Part shown: positions 45,652 through 56,130 of the stretch, one piece after another
How positions within the stretch are numbered: position 1 is the stretch's first letter
How the letters are laid out: every line of letters begins with the position of its first letter
Assembly: GCA_965221695.1 (NCBI GenBank)
Contig: OZ244905.1
Span: forward strand, 1,472,001 to 1,536,000
Origin: Gammaproteobacteria bacterium
Lineage (GTDB): Bacteria > Pseudomonadota > Gammaproteobacteria > Eutrophobiales > Eutrophobiaceae
Length of the DNA stretch: 64,000 bases
Reading direction: 5' to 3'
Made by a program: the position numbers and the translations under genes
Notes under the pieces: model-generated
What the model saw: the letters and a program-made list of their open reading frames with translations, nothing else
Told to the model about the DNA's origin: nothing
The model's database searches: none

Positions 45652-47490
45652 TCAGCGGGTCACGTTTCCTACCGGTTGGCTCAGGGCGTCGGCTACCAGT
45701 TCGTCTACGTTGCTGCCGGTGAGGGAGTTCAGAAATGCGACGATGGCATCCATCTCAGCGTTGTTCAGACCCAGTGGTTGGATCAAGGGGTCGAGCAACG
45801 CATTTTTTATGCCGCCGCGGTTGTAGAACTCGACCACCTGGCGCAGGGTTCGCAGTGAACCGTTGTGCATGTACGGGGCGCTGAGGGCCACGTTGCGCAA
45901 CATCGGTGTCCTGTATTTCCAGCGGTCGTCGGGGTTGCCGGTAATCTCGTAATAACCGAGGTCGTTGGGAGCCGGCTTGCCCTTGAGAGTGATGAACTCC
46001 CGGTCGACCATAAGCGTGACGCCGGGCGCCACCGTCACCGGCACTTTGTCATCCGGTGTTCCCATGGAAACCAGGTAACCGATGCCGGTGTTATGCAGAC
46101 CGTGGTCGGTGAACAGCGCGTAATCCCTGTTGACGGTATGGCACGCGACGCAGCGCGCCTTGCCGGTAAACAGGTCGAAGCCGGCTCTTGCCTGTTCATC
46201 CAACGCAGCTTTCTCGCCGCCGTAATACCAGCGATCAAACGCGCTGCCCGCCGAGCTCAGGGTGCGCTGGTAGCTGGCCAGGGCCATGCCCACGGTCTCC
46301 ATGCCAGGCCCTCTCCCATCAAAAGCCTGTGCAAACTTGCCTTGATATTCAGGCAGGGATTTCAGCCGGTCGATGACAAAACCGACGGACGGGTTGGCCA
46401 TTTCGTTGCGCGCCAGCAGCGGTGTCCAGACCTGTTGTTCCAGCAGGTTCTCGCGGGCGTCATGGAACAGCTTTTGGGCAAAGCCGACGTTATACAGCGT
46501 TGGCGCATTGCGGCGCAGGGTTCGGCCTTCAATACCGATGGCGACCGACAGTTCCTGGCTGGTGAAACCCTGTTCCGGGATATGGCACATCGCACAGGAG
46601 AGCGTGTTGTTATGCGACAGGCGCCGGTCGAAAAACAGTTGCCGGCCGAGCAGTATCTTTTCCTGTGTCAGCGGGTTGTTATTCGGGACCTCAAGCAGGG
46701 GCAGGCCGGACAGCGCCCCCTCACCTGACGCGCCGCCACTTGCCCTGCCCTCCGCTGCACTGGACGCTGCCTCTGTCGCCGCGCCTAAGCTGTGATCGCC
46801 ACTTTCGATGGCCAGGGTGATGATGTCGTTGATCACCGTGTCTGCATGCAGGAACGATACGCTGTAGATGTTGCGCACCTGTTTTTGCTTGTCCAGCAGG
46901 AACACCCGCAGGATGTGCGAAATCACTCCGGTGTATTTTCCGGTCTCGTCGTATTCCTTGTTCACCGACTGGTTGTAACCCCGGAGCATGGGCTGCAAGC
47001 GCGCCGTTGAAGCTGTGGTCAGGAAGCGCCAGTCATAGTTGTTCCGGTTGAACTGTCTACCGTACTTCAGCATCACCTGCGGCGTGTCGAAATCCGGATC
47101 GAAGCTGAGGCTGATCATCCGCACCTGATCCTCAAGACGGCTGTCCGCATCCAATCGCTGTTGTAACTGCCCCAAGACGAAGGTGGCCAGCGGACACCCG
47201 TTGACATCGTTGCAACTGGTAAAGATGAAGCTGAGGACGACGAACTTGTCGCCAAAGAACTCGTGCAGGGGGCGTTCACGCCCTGTTTCGTCCAGCACCA
47301 GGCCGTCGCCGGCCTTGCCTAACGGGGGGAGCTGGTAGGTGCCCGGTTCCGGCGCGTCGTATTCGAGCACGCGGTAGCCCGGCGCCAGGATCTGCGCCGG
47401 CGCGTCATGCTGATGTTGTGCCTGGGCGCGCGGCGCTACTACGGGGTAGAGACAAAGAACGCCGACTACCAGTAAAAGGAGCGCCCTCAC
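45652..47490 (-). CDS. SCO/SenC domain + MauG-like diheme peroxidase fusion (MTO maturation)
   Basis: Signal peptide, SCO-like CNDVNGC...H, heme motifs CAMCH and CVACH, APYMHNG; follows mtoX. Confidence 0.88.
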   Translation of the reverse strand: MRALLLLVVGVLCLYPVVAPRAQAQHQHDAPAQILAPGYRVLEYDAPEPGTYQLPPLGKAGDGLVLDETGRERPLHEFFGDKFVVLSFIFTSCNDVNGCPLATFVLGQLQQRLDADSRLEDQVRMISLSFDPDFDTPQVMLKYGRQFNRNNYDWRFLTTASTARLQPMLRGYNQSVNKEYDETGKYTGVISHILRVFLLDKQKQVRNIYSVSFLHADTVINDIITLAIESGDHSLGAATEAASSAAEGRASGGASGEGALSGLPLLEVPNNNPLTQEKILLGRQLFFDRRLSHNNTLSCAMCHIPEQGFTSQELSVAIGIEGRTLRRNAPTLYNVGFAQKLFHDARENLLEQQVWTPLLARNEMANPSVGFVIDRLKSLPEYQGKFAQAFDGRGPGMETVGMALASYQRTLSSAGSAFDRWYYGGEKAALDEQARAGFDLFTGKARCVACHTVNRDYALFTDHGLHNTGIGYLVSMGTPDDKVPVTVAPGVTLMVDREFITLKGKPAPNDLGYYEITGNPDDRWKYRTPMLRNVALSAPYMHNGSLRTLRQVVEFYNRGGIKNALLDPLIQPLGLNNAEMDAIVAFLNSLTGSNVDELVADALSQPVGNVTR

Positions 47491-47493
47491 CCG

Positions 47494-48861
47494 TTAGAAG
47501 TTAACCGCCACGGATACCGCTTGATCCTCTCCGGCGGGCCGGCGTTTTGCATACAGTGCATAAGAGCCGAAGCGCATCTGGTGGGGCATGCCCAGTCCTG
47601 CCTCAATGAAATCGATGGAGAACTGCAGGTTCAGCTTCTCCCCGTCCCAGGTGTAGGACTTGAAATATTGCAGGTCCTCGCCTTCCTCGGCCTGCCGTTT
47701 GTCCCAGTTGGACAGCAAGGAGGAGGTGAAGTAAACCCGTTTCCCGTCCCAGCTCTGGGACAGCATATTGATCTGGGCGCCGATCTTCTCTGCGAAGATT
47801 TCCTTTGCGTTATGCGGATCGCTGATATCGAATACCCGGGCCATGCCGTCGTTCCAGGTGTCCACCCATAACAGCGAATCATCCGCCGAAATGGAAATAT
47901 CCACGGGCAGCGGAATCTGCTCGGCCACGCCGATGTCCGCAACCGGCTTCGCTTGCCAGTCGCCGCCGTCATCCTCGTAGATCAGCCAGATCTTGGATGT
48001 GAGCGCAGTGGTCGTGAAGCAGTAATTATTGCGCGAGCCCCAGGCGCAGCGAATTTCCAGCGGCGCTCCGGGCACGTCCAGCACCTTTTTCGGCTGGCGT
48101 TTGTGCAGGTCCCAGATGACCACGGTATTGCCGAACCGCTGCATCGCCTCCGGGTCCGCCATCATTTGGCCCAGGTCCATCATGTAATTGTTCCAGCCGG
48201 TAAATGAGGACGTGACCATCACGTTGCGGCGCGGCAGCACGCGCAGGTCATAACCATAGCCATCGGCGAAAGTGCCGGACTTGACCGCGCCTTGCAGGTC
48301 GGCGTCGGTAGGCATCCAGTAAGTGGCAACGTAATCGCCTTCGTTGGTGTATTCCACTATCCCGGTCACGCCACCGTGATCCTTGTCATTCGACAAGCCG
48401 GTAATAAGCATCCTGCCGGGCATCGCATAACTGGTGTGCGGCCCGACCACGCCGCCGCTGCGGGCGACAAAATCTTCGATGGTCTTGTGCAGCCTGGGTT
48501 GGGCCGGGTCTGAATGCACATCGAAGATAAAAATCCTGTTGGTGTCGAGCCCGGACGCCCACAGGTAGCGCCGGTCATCCGTCAGGCCCGAATGGTGAGC
48601 TTCATTACGCCCGCCCACCGATAAAACGTGAACCACCTCGCCGTATTTTTCCGACTGCGGGTTGACGTCCACGGTAACCAGTTTGTCCTGTTCATCACCT
48701 AGACCCTCCATGCCCAGCGTCCAGATATAGACGAAATCCTCCTGTCCGACGATTTTCGCCATGTACGGCGACATACAGGTCTCATCGGCGGAAGCAAGCG
48801 GCGTGATTGACAGCAGGAAAAGAAAGACAATAAAATAAGCGGTGCCGGTAAGTTGTCTCAT
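47494..48861 (-). CDS. mtoX: Methanethiol oxidase (SBP56 family)
   Basis: Signal peptide then DETCMSPY, EAHH, GPH, FTGW and LLSNWD Trp motifs, PHQM; SCO/MauG neighbour. Confidence 0.9.
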   Translation of the reverse strand: MRQLTGTAYFIVFLFLLSITPLASADETCMSPYMAKIVGQEDFVYIWTLGMEGLGDEQDKLVTVDVNPQSEKYGEVVHVLSVGGRNEAHHSGLTDDRRYLWASGLDTNRIFIFDVHSDPAQPRLHKTIEDFVARSGGVVGPHTSYAMPGRMLITGLSNDKDHGGVTGIVEYTNEGDYVATYWMPTDADLQGAVKSGTFADGYGYDLRVLPRRNVMVTSSFTGWNNYMMDLGQMMADPEAMQRFGNTVVIWDLHKRQPKKVLDVPGAPLEIRCAWGSRNNYCFTTTALTSKIWLIYEDDGGDWQAKPVADIGVAEQIPLPVDISISADDSLLWVDTWNDGMARVFDISDPHNAKEIFAEKIGAQINMLSQSWDGKRVYFTSSLLSNWDKRQAEEGEDLQYFKSYTWDGEKLNLQFSIDFIEAGLGMPHQMRFGSYALYAKRRPAGEDQAVSVAVNF

Positions 48862-49075
48862 TGATTATCTCCGGTCAGTAAAGGATCAGTCTCAACAACA
48901 ATAATACAACGTTTCGATACATTTTACATTTTTACCTGTACCCACCGGCCGCTGTCGTGCACTATACAAATTATGACGTACTTCATTGTACGTGAAACCG
49001 GACTCTAAGCTGATAGTGTTATATTGGCCGTAACCTGATTATTTTCCACCAGTACTCTTTCCAGCAGATATTGAC

Positions 49076-50740
49076 ATGAAACGCACGCGCGGTAAGAAAG
49101 GCCGCATCCAGGGTCGGATTACACCAAATAAGGCATTGGCCGAGGTACGGGAGCTGCTGGGAGACGCGCCGCGTACCCGCGACCTGCTGCTGGAACACCT
49201 GCACAAGCTGCAGGATCATTACGGACACCTGTCGCACCGCCACCTGCTGGCGCTTGCGATTGAAATGGAACTGCCCATGGCCGAGGTCTACGAGACAGCC
49301 ACCTTCTATCACCATTTCGATGTGTTGAAAGCCGACGATACCCCTCCGCCCGGTATTACCGTGCGGGTCTGTGAGTCGCTGACCTGTGAGATGTTCGGCG
49401 CAGCCGATTTGATCAACCAGCTTAACGCGACAACCGACTCCGACCAGGTCAGGATTCAGCCAGTGCCCTGTGTAGGCCGTTGCCATGCGGCGCCGGTCGC
49501 GGTGGTGGGCGCCAACCCGGTGGAACATGCGCAAACGGAAACGGTTGCCGCCGCCGTGAACAACAAGGCTACGGTATGCCCGCAACCGGACGCAATGCGC
49601 TACGCGGACTACCGCGCACAAGGCGGATACAAGCTGCTTGCGGAGTGCCGCAATGGCGGATACACGCCGGAACAGGTCATTGACATGCTGGAGACGGCCA
49701 ACCTGCGCGGCCTGGGCGGCGCCGGTTTCCCGGCAGGGCGAAAATGGCGCATCCTGCGCAGCCAAGCCCAACCCCGGCTGATTGCAGTCAACATCGACGA
49801 GGGCGAGCCGGGGACCTTCAAAGACCGTCACTACCTGGAACGCGATCCGCACCGTTTCATTGAAGGAACACTGATTGCGGCCTGGGCCATCGACGCGGAA
49901 GCGATCTATATCTACCTGCGTGATGAATACGCCGGCTGCCGCGCCCTGTTGCAGGCAGAACTGGCAGCATTGCAGGATGATCCGCCCTGCCCGCTGCCGC
50001 CGATCCACTTACGGCGCGGCGCCGGCGCTTATATCTGTGGCGAAGAATCCGCGATGCTCGAATCCATTGAAGGCAAACGCGGCATGCCGCGCCTGCGGCC
50101 GCCTTACGTAGCGGAAGTGGGTCTGTTCAACCGCCCTACCCTGGAACAGAACATGGAAACCCTGCACTGGGTGCGGGATATCATTGAGAACGGGCCCGAA
50201 TGGTTTACATCCAAGGGCCGGCGCGGCCGCAAGGGCTTGCGCTCGTTCTCGGTGAGCGGCAGAGTGCAGAACCCCGGCGTGCACGTGGCGCCGGCAGGAA
50301 CCACGATCCGCGAGCTGATCGAGGATTACTGTGGCGGCATGTTGCCCGGTCACGAATTTTACGGCTACTTCCCCGGTGGCGCCTCCGGCGGGATACTACC
50401 TGCTTCCCTGGACGATATACCGCTGGATTTCGACACCTTGCAGCCGCACGGCGCGTTCATCGGTTCAGCCGCGGTGATCGTGCTGTCCGACCAGGACAGC
50501 GCCCGCGCGCTGGCGCTGAACGCGATGCGCTTTTTTGAGGATGAATCCTGCGGCCAGTGCACACCTTGCCGGGCAGGTACGGCCAAGGCGGTGAAACTGA
50601 TGGAGAAACCGGAATGGGACCGGCTGTTGCTGGAAGATCTGGCGCAGGCCATGGAAGACGCATCAATCTGCGGGCTGGGCCAGGCCGCGCCAAACCCGTT
50701 GCGTTGCGCGATAAAGTATTTCCCGGAAGAATTTTCCTGA
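49076..50740 (+). CDS. NAD-dependent formate dehydrogenase beta (NuoE-NuoF-like fusion)
   Basis: RGLGGAGFP, DEGEPGTFKDR, GAGAYICGEE, ESCGQCTPCR; N-terminal 2Fe-2S cysteines. Confidence 0.92.
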   Translation: MKRTRGKKGRIQGRITPNKALAEVRELLGDAPRTRDLLLEHLHKLQDHYGHLSHRHLLALAIEMELPMAEVYETATFYHHFDVLKADDTPPPGITVRVCESLTCEMFGAADLINQLNATTDSDQVRIQPVPCVGRCHAAPVAVVGANPVEHAQTETVAAAVNNKATVCPQPDAMRYADYRAQGGYKLLAECRNGGYTPEQVIDMLETANLRGLGGAGFPAGRKWRILRSQAQPRLIAVNIDEGEPGTFKDRHYLERDPHRFIEGTLIAAWAIDAEAIYIYLRDEYAGCRALLQAELAALQDDPPCPLPPIHLRRGAGAYICGEESAMLESIEGKRGMPRLRPPYVAEVGLFNRPTLEQNMETLHWVRDIIENGPEWFTSKGRRGRKGLRSFSVSGRVQNPGVHVAPAGTTIRELIEDYCGGMLPGHEFYGYFPGGASGGILPASLDDIPLDFDTLQPHGAFIGSAAVIVLSDQDSARALALNAMRFFEDESCGQCTPCRAGTAKAVKLMEKPEWDRLLLEDLAQAMEDASICGLGQAAPNPLRCAIKYFPEEFS

Positions 50741-50774
50741 GGCAATCCGCAGATGTTCCTTTGAAATGAGATAA

Positions 50775-53516
50775 ATGCACAAAGAAGACAATACGACAAT
50801 CCGGTTTTCCCTGAACGGGCGCGACATTGAGGCCGCAGCGGAAGAGACAATACTTGAGGCGGCGCAGCGTCATGGGGTCGAGATCCCGCGGCTGTGCTAT
50901 AAAGAAGGCTATCGCGCCGACGGTAACTGCCGCGCCTGCATGGTGGAGATCGAGGGCGAGCGCGCCCTGGCGCCGTCCTGTTGCCGCAATCCCGCAGCCG
51001 GCATGAAGGTGACCAGTGACTCGGATCGGGCGCTGCACTCGCAGAAAATGGTGCTGGAACTGTTGCTGGCCGACATGCCGCAACAGGGCGAGTCACCTTA
51101 CCGGCTGGATTCGGAACTGGATCACTGGGCATCAAAATTGAACGTGTTCTCGCCCCGCTTCGAAGCGCGGGAACCCGTCACATCGGACCACTCGCATCCT
51201 GCCATCGCGGTTAACCTCGATGCCTGTATCCAGTGTACCCGTTGCGTGCGCGCCTGCCGCGAAGAACAGGTAAACGACGTTATCGGTTACGCACATCGGG
51301 GTAAACACTCCGAAATTGTGTTCGATATGGGCGACCTGATGGGCGAGAGCACCTGCGTGGCTTGCGGCGAGTGCGTGCAGGCCTGCCCCACCGGCGCGCT
51401 GATGCCGGCCCGGAACGTCGGGCTGGTGGAACCGGACAGGCAGGTCGATTCCGTTTGCCCGTATTGCGGTGTGGGCTGCCTGCTGACATACAACGTGAAG
51501 AACGGCCACATTCAGTATGTCGAAGGCCGTGATGGCCCCTCCAATCAAAGCCGCCTGTGCGTCAAGGGGCGATATGGTTTCGACTATGTTCATCACCCCG
51601 CGCGCCTGACGCGGCCACTGGTCCGGAAGCCGGGCACGCCCAAGACCACGGAAATCATCCCGTCCCGGGCGTTGCACCGCTATTTTCGCGAGGCAACCTG
51701 GGAAGAAGCCCTGGACCTGGCGGCCGCCGGGCTGCGTTCTATCCGCGACACGCAGGGATCGCAAGCCCTGGCCGGGTTCGGCTGCGCCAAGGGGAGCAAC
51801 GAGGAAGCCTACCTGTTCCAGAAGCTGGTACGCACCGGTTTCGGTACGAATAACGTGGACCATTGTACCCGCCTGTGCCATGCCTCCTCGGTAGCGGCGC
51901 TGCTGGAGACCATCGGCTCCGGCGCAGTCTCCAACCAGGTGGCTGACGGCACCCAGGCTGAGGTCATCATCGTGATCGGCGCCCGGCCCAATGATAACCA
52001 TCCGGTGGCGGCCACGTTCATGAAGAATGCGGCCCTGAACGGCAGCAAACTGGTCGTGATCGAGCCTTACAGCTCCGAGATGTACCTGCACGCCCATGAG
52101 TTCCTGCAACTGCGTCCGGGCACGGATGTGCTGCTGCTGAATGGCATGATGCACACCATCATCGACGAGGAATTGCAGGACCAGGCGTTTATCGATGCCC
52201 ATACCGACGGGTTCGACGCGCTGCGGGAAACAGTACGGGAGTACAGCCCGGAGAAAGTGTCGCCGCTGTGCGGTATCGCTGCGGAGACCATCCGGGAGAC
52301 GGCGCGCCTGTATGCGACCGCAAAATCCGCGATCATCTTCTGGGGCATGGGCATTTCACAACATACGCACGGAACGGACAACGCCCGCTGCCTGATCTCG
52401 CTGGCGTTGATGACTGGGCAGATCGGACGGCCCGGCACCGGGCTGCATCCGCTACGCGGCCAGAACAACGTACAAGGGGCGTCCGACATGGGTCTTATCC
52501 CGATGGTTTACCCCGACTACCAGTCTGTGCAAGACCCTGCGGTGAAAAGCAAGTTCGAGGAATTTTGGGGCACGGAACTTGATCCGGAAAGCGGCAAAAC
52601 GGTGGTTGAGATCATGCACAGCGTGCATGACGGGGATATCACCGGCATGTACATCATGGGTGAGAATCCGGCGATGTCCGATCCCAACCTGGCGCACGCC
52701 AGGGAAGCGCTCACCAGGCTGGAGCATCTCGTGGTGCAGGATATCTTCTTCACCGAAACCTGCGGCTTTGCCGATGTGATCCTGCCGGCCTCCGCGTTCC
52801 CGGAGAAAACCGGCACGTATACCAACACCGATCGTCGGGTACAACTGGGAAGGCAGGCCGTCAGCCCACCCGGCGCGGCGCGTCAGGATCTCCGGATTAT
52901 CCAGGAACTGGCTCGGCGCCTTGGCCTTAACTGGCGCTACGCCGGCCCGGAAGCCGTATTCGAGGAGATCAGGCAAGCCGTGCCGAGTATGGCGGGCATG
53001 ACCTGGGCGCGCCTGGAAGAAGAGGATTCACTTACCTACCCCCTGCTCAGCGAGGGCGACCCGGGCGAACCGATCATCTTCAAAGACGGGTTTTTCCCGA
53101 CCGCCAACGGCAAGGGGCGTTTCGTTGCGGCTGAGTATATCGAGGCAGCCGAACTGCCCGATGAGACACATCCATTCATCTTCATGACCGGGCGGCAACT
53201 GGAACACTGGCACACCGGCACGATGACACGCCACTCTCGGGTGTTGAACACGATAGAGCCCTGGCCCTATGTCCTGGTCAATCCCGAGGACCTGCGTCGG
53301 CTGGACATGGAATCCGGCGACCTGCTGGCCATTGAATCCCGGCGCGGCGCGCTGACCGTCGCCACCCGCGTGGACGAAGGCATGCAAAAAGGTGTCTTCA
53401 TGATGCCGTTCACCTACCACGAAGCCGCGGCAAACCTGCTCACCAACGACGCCCTCGACCCCTTCGGCAAGATCCCGGAGTTCAAGTTCTGTGCAATACG
53501 GGTGAGCAAACATTGA
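50775..53516 (+). CDS. Formate dehydrogenase alpha subunit (Mo/W-bisPGD, Cys ligand)
   Basis: N-terminal Fe-S clusters, CPYCGVGC, RLCHAS, LRGQNNVQG, PEFK. Confidence 0.95.
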   Translation: MHKEDNTTIRFSLNGRDIEAAAEETILEAAQRHGVEIPRLCYKEGYRADGNCRACMVEIEGERALAPSCCRNPAAGMKVTSDSDRALHSQKMVLELLLADMPQQGESPYRLDSELDHWASKLNVFSPRFEAREPVTSDHSHPAIAVNLDACIQCTRCVRACREEQVNDVIGYAHRGKHSEIVFDMGDLMGESTCVACGECVQACPTGALMPARNVGLVEPDRQVDSVCPYCGVGCLLTYNVKNGHIQYVEGRDGPSNQSRLCVKGRYGFDYVHHPARLTRPLVRKPGTPKTTEIIPSRALHRYFREATWEEALDLAAAGLRSIRDTQGSQALAGFGCAKGSNEEAYLFQKLVRTGFGTNNVDHCTRLCHASSVAALLETIGSGAVSNQVADGTQAEVIIVIGARPNDNHPVAATFMKNAALNGSKLVVIEPYSSEMYLHAHEFLQLRPGTDVLLLNGMMHTIIDEELQDQAFIDAHTDGFDALRETVREYSPEKVSPLCGIAAETIRETARLYATAKSAIIFWGMGISQHTHGTDNARCLISLALMTGQIGRPGTGLHPLRGQNNVQGASDMGLIPMVYPDYQSVQDPAVKSKFEEFWGTELDPESGKTVVEIMHSVHDGDITGMYIMGENPAMSDPNLAHAREALTRLEHLVVQDIFFTETCGFADVILPASAFPEKTGTYTNTDRRVQLGRQAVSPPGAARQDLRIIQELARRLGLNWRYAGPEAVFEEIRQAVPSMAGMTWARLEEEDSLTYPLLSEGDPGEPIIFKDGFFPTANGKGRFVAAEYIEAAELPDETHPFIFMTGRQLEHWHTGTMTRHSRVLNTIEPWPYVLVNPEDLRRLDMESGDLLAIESRRGALTVATRVDEGMQKGVFMMPFTYHEAAANLLTNDALDPFGKIPEFKFCAIRVSKH

Positions 53517-53520
53517 ATTT

Positions 53521-53700
53521 GTGTCGCCCAGGGGCGACCAGTTGTTTCACTGGATTCCCGCTTTCACGGGAATGGGAGGGGGGCACTTCCGCGAACACTG
53601 CCACAGCACCACTCCCGCGGAAGCGGGAGTCCAATGTAATACTGTGTCGCCCGCAGGGCGACCCGTTGTTTCACTGGATTCCCGCTTTCGCGGGAATGGG
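53521..53700. repeat. REP/BIME-like cluster of palindromic repeats
   Basis: Two direct ~56-bp units containing tggattcccgctttc.cgggaat and an inverted middle copy at 53611-53633. Confidence 0.85.
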
Positions 53701-53748
53701 ATAGGGGCGCTAGCGGGGGAATAGGATGGAGTGCGTGCCCGCTTGTTG

Positions 53749-53757
53749 TGATATAAT
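53749..53757 (+). promoter_or_regulatory. Extended -10 promoter of yajC-secDF
   Basis: TG-a-TATAAT about 30 nt before the yajC ATG. Confidence 0.55.
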
Positions 53758-53787
53758 GTTCAACCTATTTCAGAAAACGTCGAACAG

Positions 53788-54114
53788 ATGATTGATTTCT
53801 TCATAAACAGCGCATGGGCACAGGCTGGCGGACAGGGCGGGGGTGGTTCCTTCCTGTTCATGATGCTCTTGTTTTTTGTTATATTTTACTTCTTCCTGAT
53901 CCGGCCGCAGATGAAACAGGCCAAGGAGCACAAGCAACTGGTCAGCAACCTGGCGAAAGGCGATGAAGTGACCACCAATGGCGGCGTGCTGGGGAAGATT
54001 AACCAGGTGGGAGATAATTTTATCGTGCTGGAAATTGCCCAGGGCACCGAGATCAAGGTGCAGAAGCAGGCCGTTAACGCGGTCCTGCCGAAGGGAACGC
54101 TGAAAACCCTCTGA
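53788..54114 (+). CDS. yajC: Preprotein translocase subunit YajC
   Basis: FYFFLIRPQ, KGDEVTTNGG, LPKGT. Confidence 0.97.
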   Translation: MIDFFINSAWAQAGGQGGGGSFLFMMLLFFVIFYFFLIRPQMKQAKEHKQLVSNLAKGDEVTTNGGVLGKINQVGDNFIVLEIAQGTEIKVQKQAVNAVLPKGTLKTL

Positions 54115-54248
54115 AGCGCGTTACAGATATCATCCCAGTTGTTCATGGACTGCCATCTCAAAACTCCAATTCATAAGGTACGCCGCAAGGACATGGATAT
54201 TTCACTGACTTTCCACCCGCGCCTAGAGACGCGCAAAGTTAACTGCCG

Positions 54249-56108
54249 ATGAACCGTTACCCTCTCTGGAAATACCTGCTGATCTGTGTCGTCATTGCAG
54301 TCGGCTGCTTGTACGCGCTGCCCAATATATACGGCAAGGACCCGGCTTTGCAGGTTTCTGCGTCGCGCGGCGGCGAGGTTAGCGAACTGACCCGCTATGC
54401 CGTGGAAGATGCCCTGGACACGGCAGGTATCGAATACGGCGCTATCACTGTGGGGCAGGGGAACCTGGTGGTCAGGTTTGCGGATGAGGGAACCCAACTC
54501 AAGGCCCAGGATGTGGTAAAGGAAGCGCTGGGCCGCACCCATACCGTAGCGCTGAACCTGGCGCCGGCAACGCCGGGCTGGCTGCGCACGCTGGGCGCCG
54601 AACCCATGTTCCTGGGCCTGGACCTGCGCGGTGGCGTGCACTTCCTGATGCAAGTGGACATGGAAGCGGCGATCGTCAAGGCGGAAGAGCGGTACGTTTC
54701 GGACATCAGGACGCAACTGCGAGACGAGCGCATCCGCTACCGGACCATCACCCGGCGCAGGGACGGTGGTTTGCTGATCCGCTTCCGCGACGCCGAACAG
54801 CGCCGTCTGGGCATCATAGAAATAGAAGACAGTTTCACCGACCTGGAGCTGGAGCAACCCGGGTCCGAGAGCGACGAGTTTCCCCTGCTGGCCCGTCTCA
54901 GTGACAATGCGGTAAAGGAAACCCGGCGGCTGGCGCTGCAGCAGAACATCACCACCTTACGCAAACGGGTGAACGAACTGGGCGTGGCCGAACCGATTAT
55001 TCAGCAGCAGGGGCTGGAGCGCGTGGTCGTGCAATTGCCGGGGGTGCAGGACACTGCCCGGGCAAAAGAGATCCTGGGCGCTACCGCAACCCTGGAATTC
55101 CGCATGACCGACGAGGAGCGTTCCGTGCAGGATGCGCTGGATGGGCGCGTGCCTGCCGGTTCCCGGCTGTATTATGAACGGGGCGGCAACCCGGTACTGC
55201 TGAAGAAAGAGGTCATGCTCACCGGCGACTATATCATCGACGCCGCAGCCGGTTTCGATGGCGTCACTGGCAGTCCCAATGTTTCCATCACCCTGGACGG
55301 CAAGGGCGCGAAACGCTTCAGCGACGCCACCGCCGAGGAGGTGGGCAGGAACATGGCCGTGGTGTTTATCGAAAACAAAACCGAGACCGTGGAGCAGGAT
55401 GGAGAAATGGTGAAACGCCGGGAAACCATTGAGGAAGTCATCAACGTGGCCACCATTCGGGAACAACTGGGCAAACGCTTCCAGATCACCGGCCTGGACA
55501 CTACCGAGGAATCCCGTAACCTGGCGCTGTTGCTGCGTGCCGGCGCGCTGGCGGCGCCCATCGAGATCATCGAAGAACGTACCGTGGGTCCTAGCCTGGG
55601 CCAGGACAATATTGACAAGGGTTTCCTGTCGGTCAAGATCGGGTTCATCCTGGTGCTGATCTTCATGGCAGTATGGTACAAGGCTTTTGGCCTGGCTGCG
55701 GATGTGGCCCTGGCGCTGAACCTGGTGCTGATCGTTGCCCTGTTGTCGATGCTGCAGGCAACACTTACCTTGCCGGGTATTGCCGGGATCGTACTGACCG
55801 TCGGTATGGCGGTGGATGCCAATGTGCTCATCTTCCAGCGTATCCGCGAAGAGATCCAGAACGGCAATTCGCCCCAGGCCAGCATCCACGCGGGCTATGA
55901 AAAAGCGTTCACCACCATCGCCGACGCCAACATCACAACCCTGTTTGCAGCCATTGTACTGTTCAGTTTCGGCACCGGCCCAATCAAGGGATTTGCGGTT
56001 ACCCTGTCCCTGGGCATAGTGTGCTCAATGTTTACCGCGATCATGGTGACCCGCGGCATAGTAAACCTGATTTACGGCGGCAGGAAGCTGCGCAAGCTGG
56101 TGATCTGA
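54249..56108 (+). CDS. secD: Protein translocase subunit SecD
   Basis: NRYPLWKY, LGLDLRGGVHF, GMAVDANV. Confidence 0.98.
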   Translation: MNRYPLWKYLLICVVIAVGCLYALPNIYGKDPALQVSASRGGEVSELTRYAVEDALDTAGIEYGAITVGQGNLVVRFADEGTQLKAQDVVKEALGRTHTVALNLAPATPGWLRTLGAEPMFLGLDLRGGVHFLMQVDMEAAIVKAEERYVSDIRTQLRDERIRYRTITRRRDGGLLIRFRDAEQRRLGIIEIEDSFTDLELEQPGSESDEFPLLARLSDNAVKETRRLALQQNITTLRKRVNELGVAEPIIQQQGLERVVVQLPGVQDTARAKEILGATATLEFRMTDEERSVQDALDGRVPAGSRLYYERGGNPVLLKKEVMLTGDYIIDAAAGFDGVTGSPNVSITLDGKGAKRFSDATAEEVGRNMAVVFIENKTETVEQDGEMVKRRETIEEVINVATIREQLGKRFQITGLDTTEESRNLALLLRAGALAAPIEIIEERTVGPSLGQDNIDKGFLSVKIGFILVLIFMAVWYKAFGLAADVALALNLVLIVALLSMLQATLTLPGIAGIVLTVGMAVDANVLIFQRIREEIQNGNSPQASIHAGYEKAFTTIADANITTLFAAIVLFSFGTGPIKGFAVTLSLGIVCSMFTAIMVTRGIVNLIYGGRKLRKLVI

Positions 56109-56130
56109 GCAACCGTATGCGCACTGTCCG

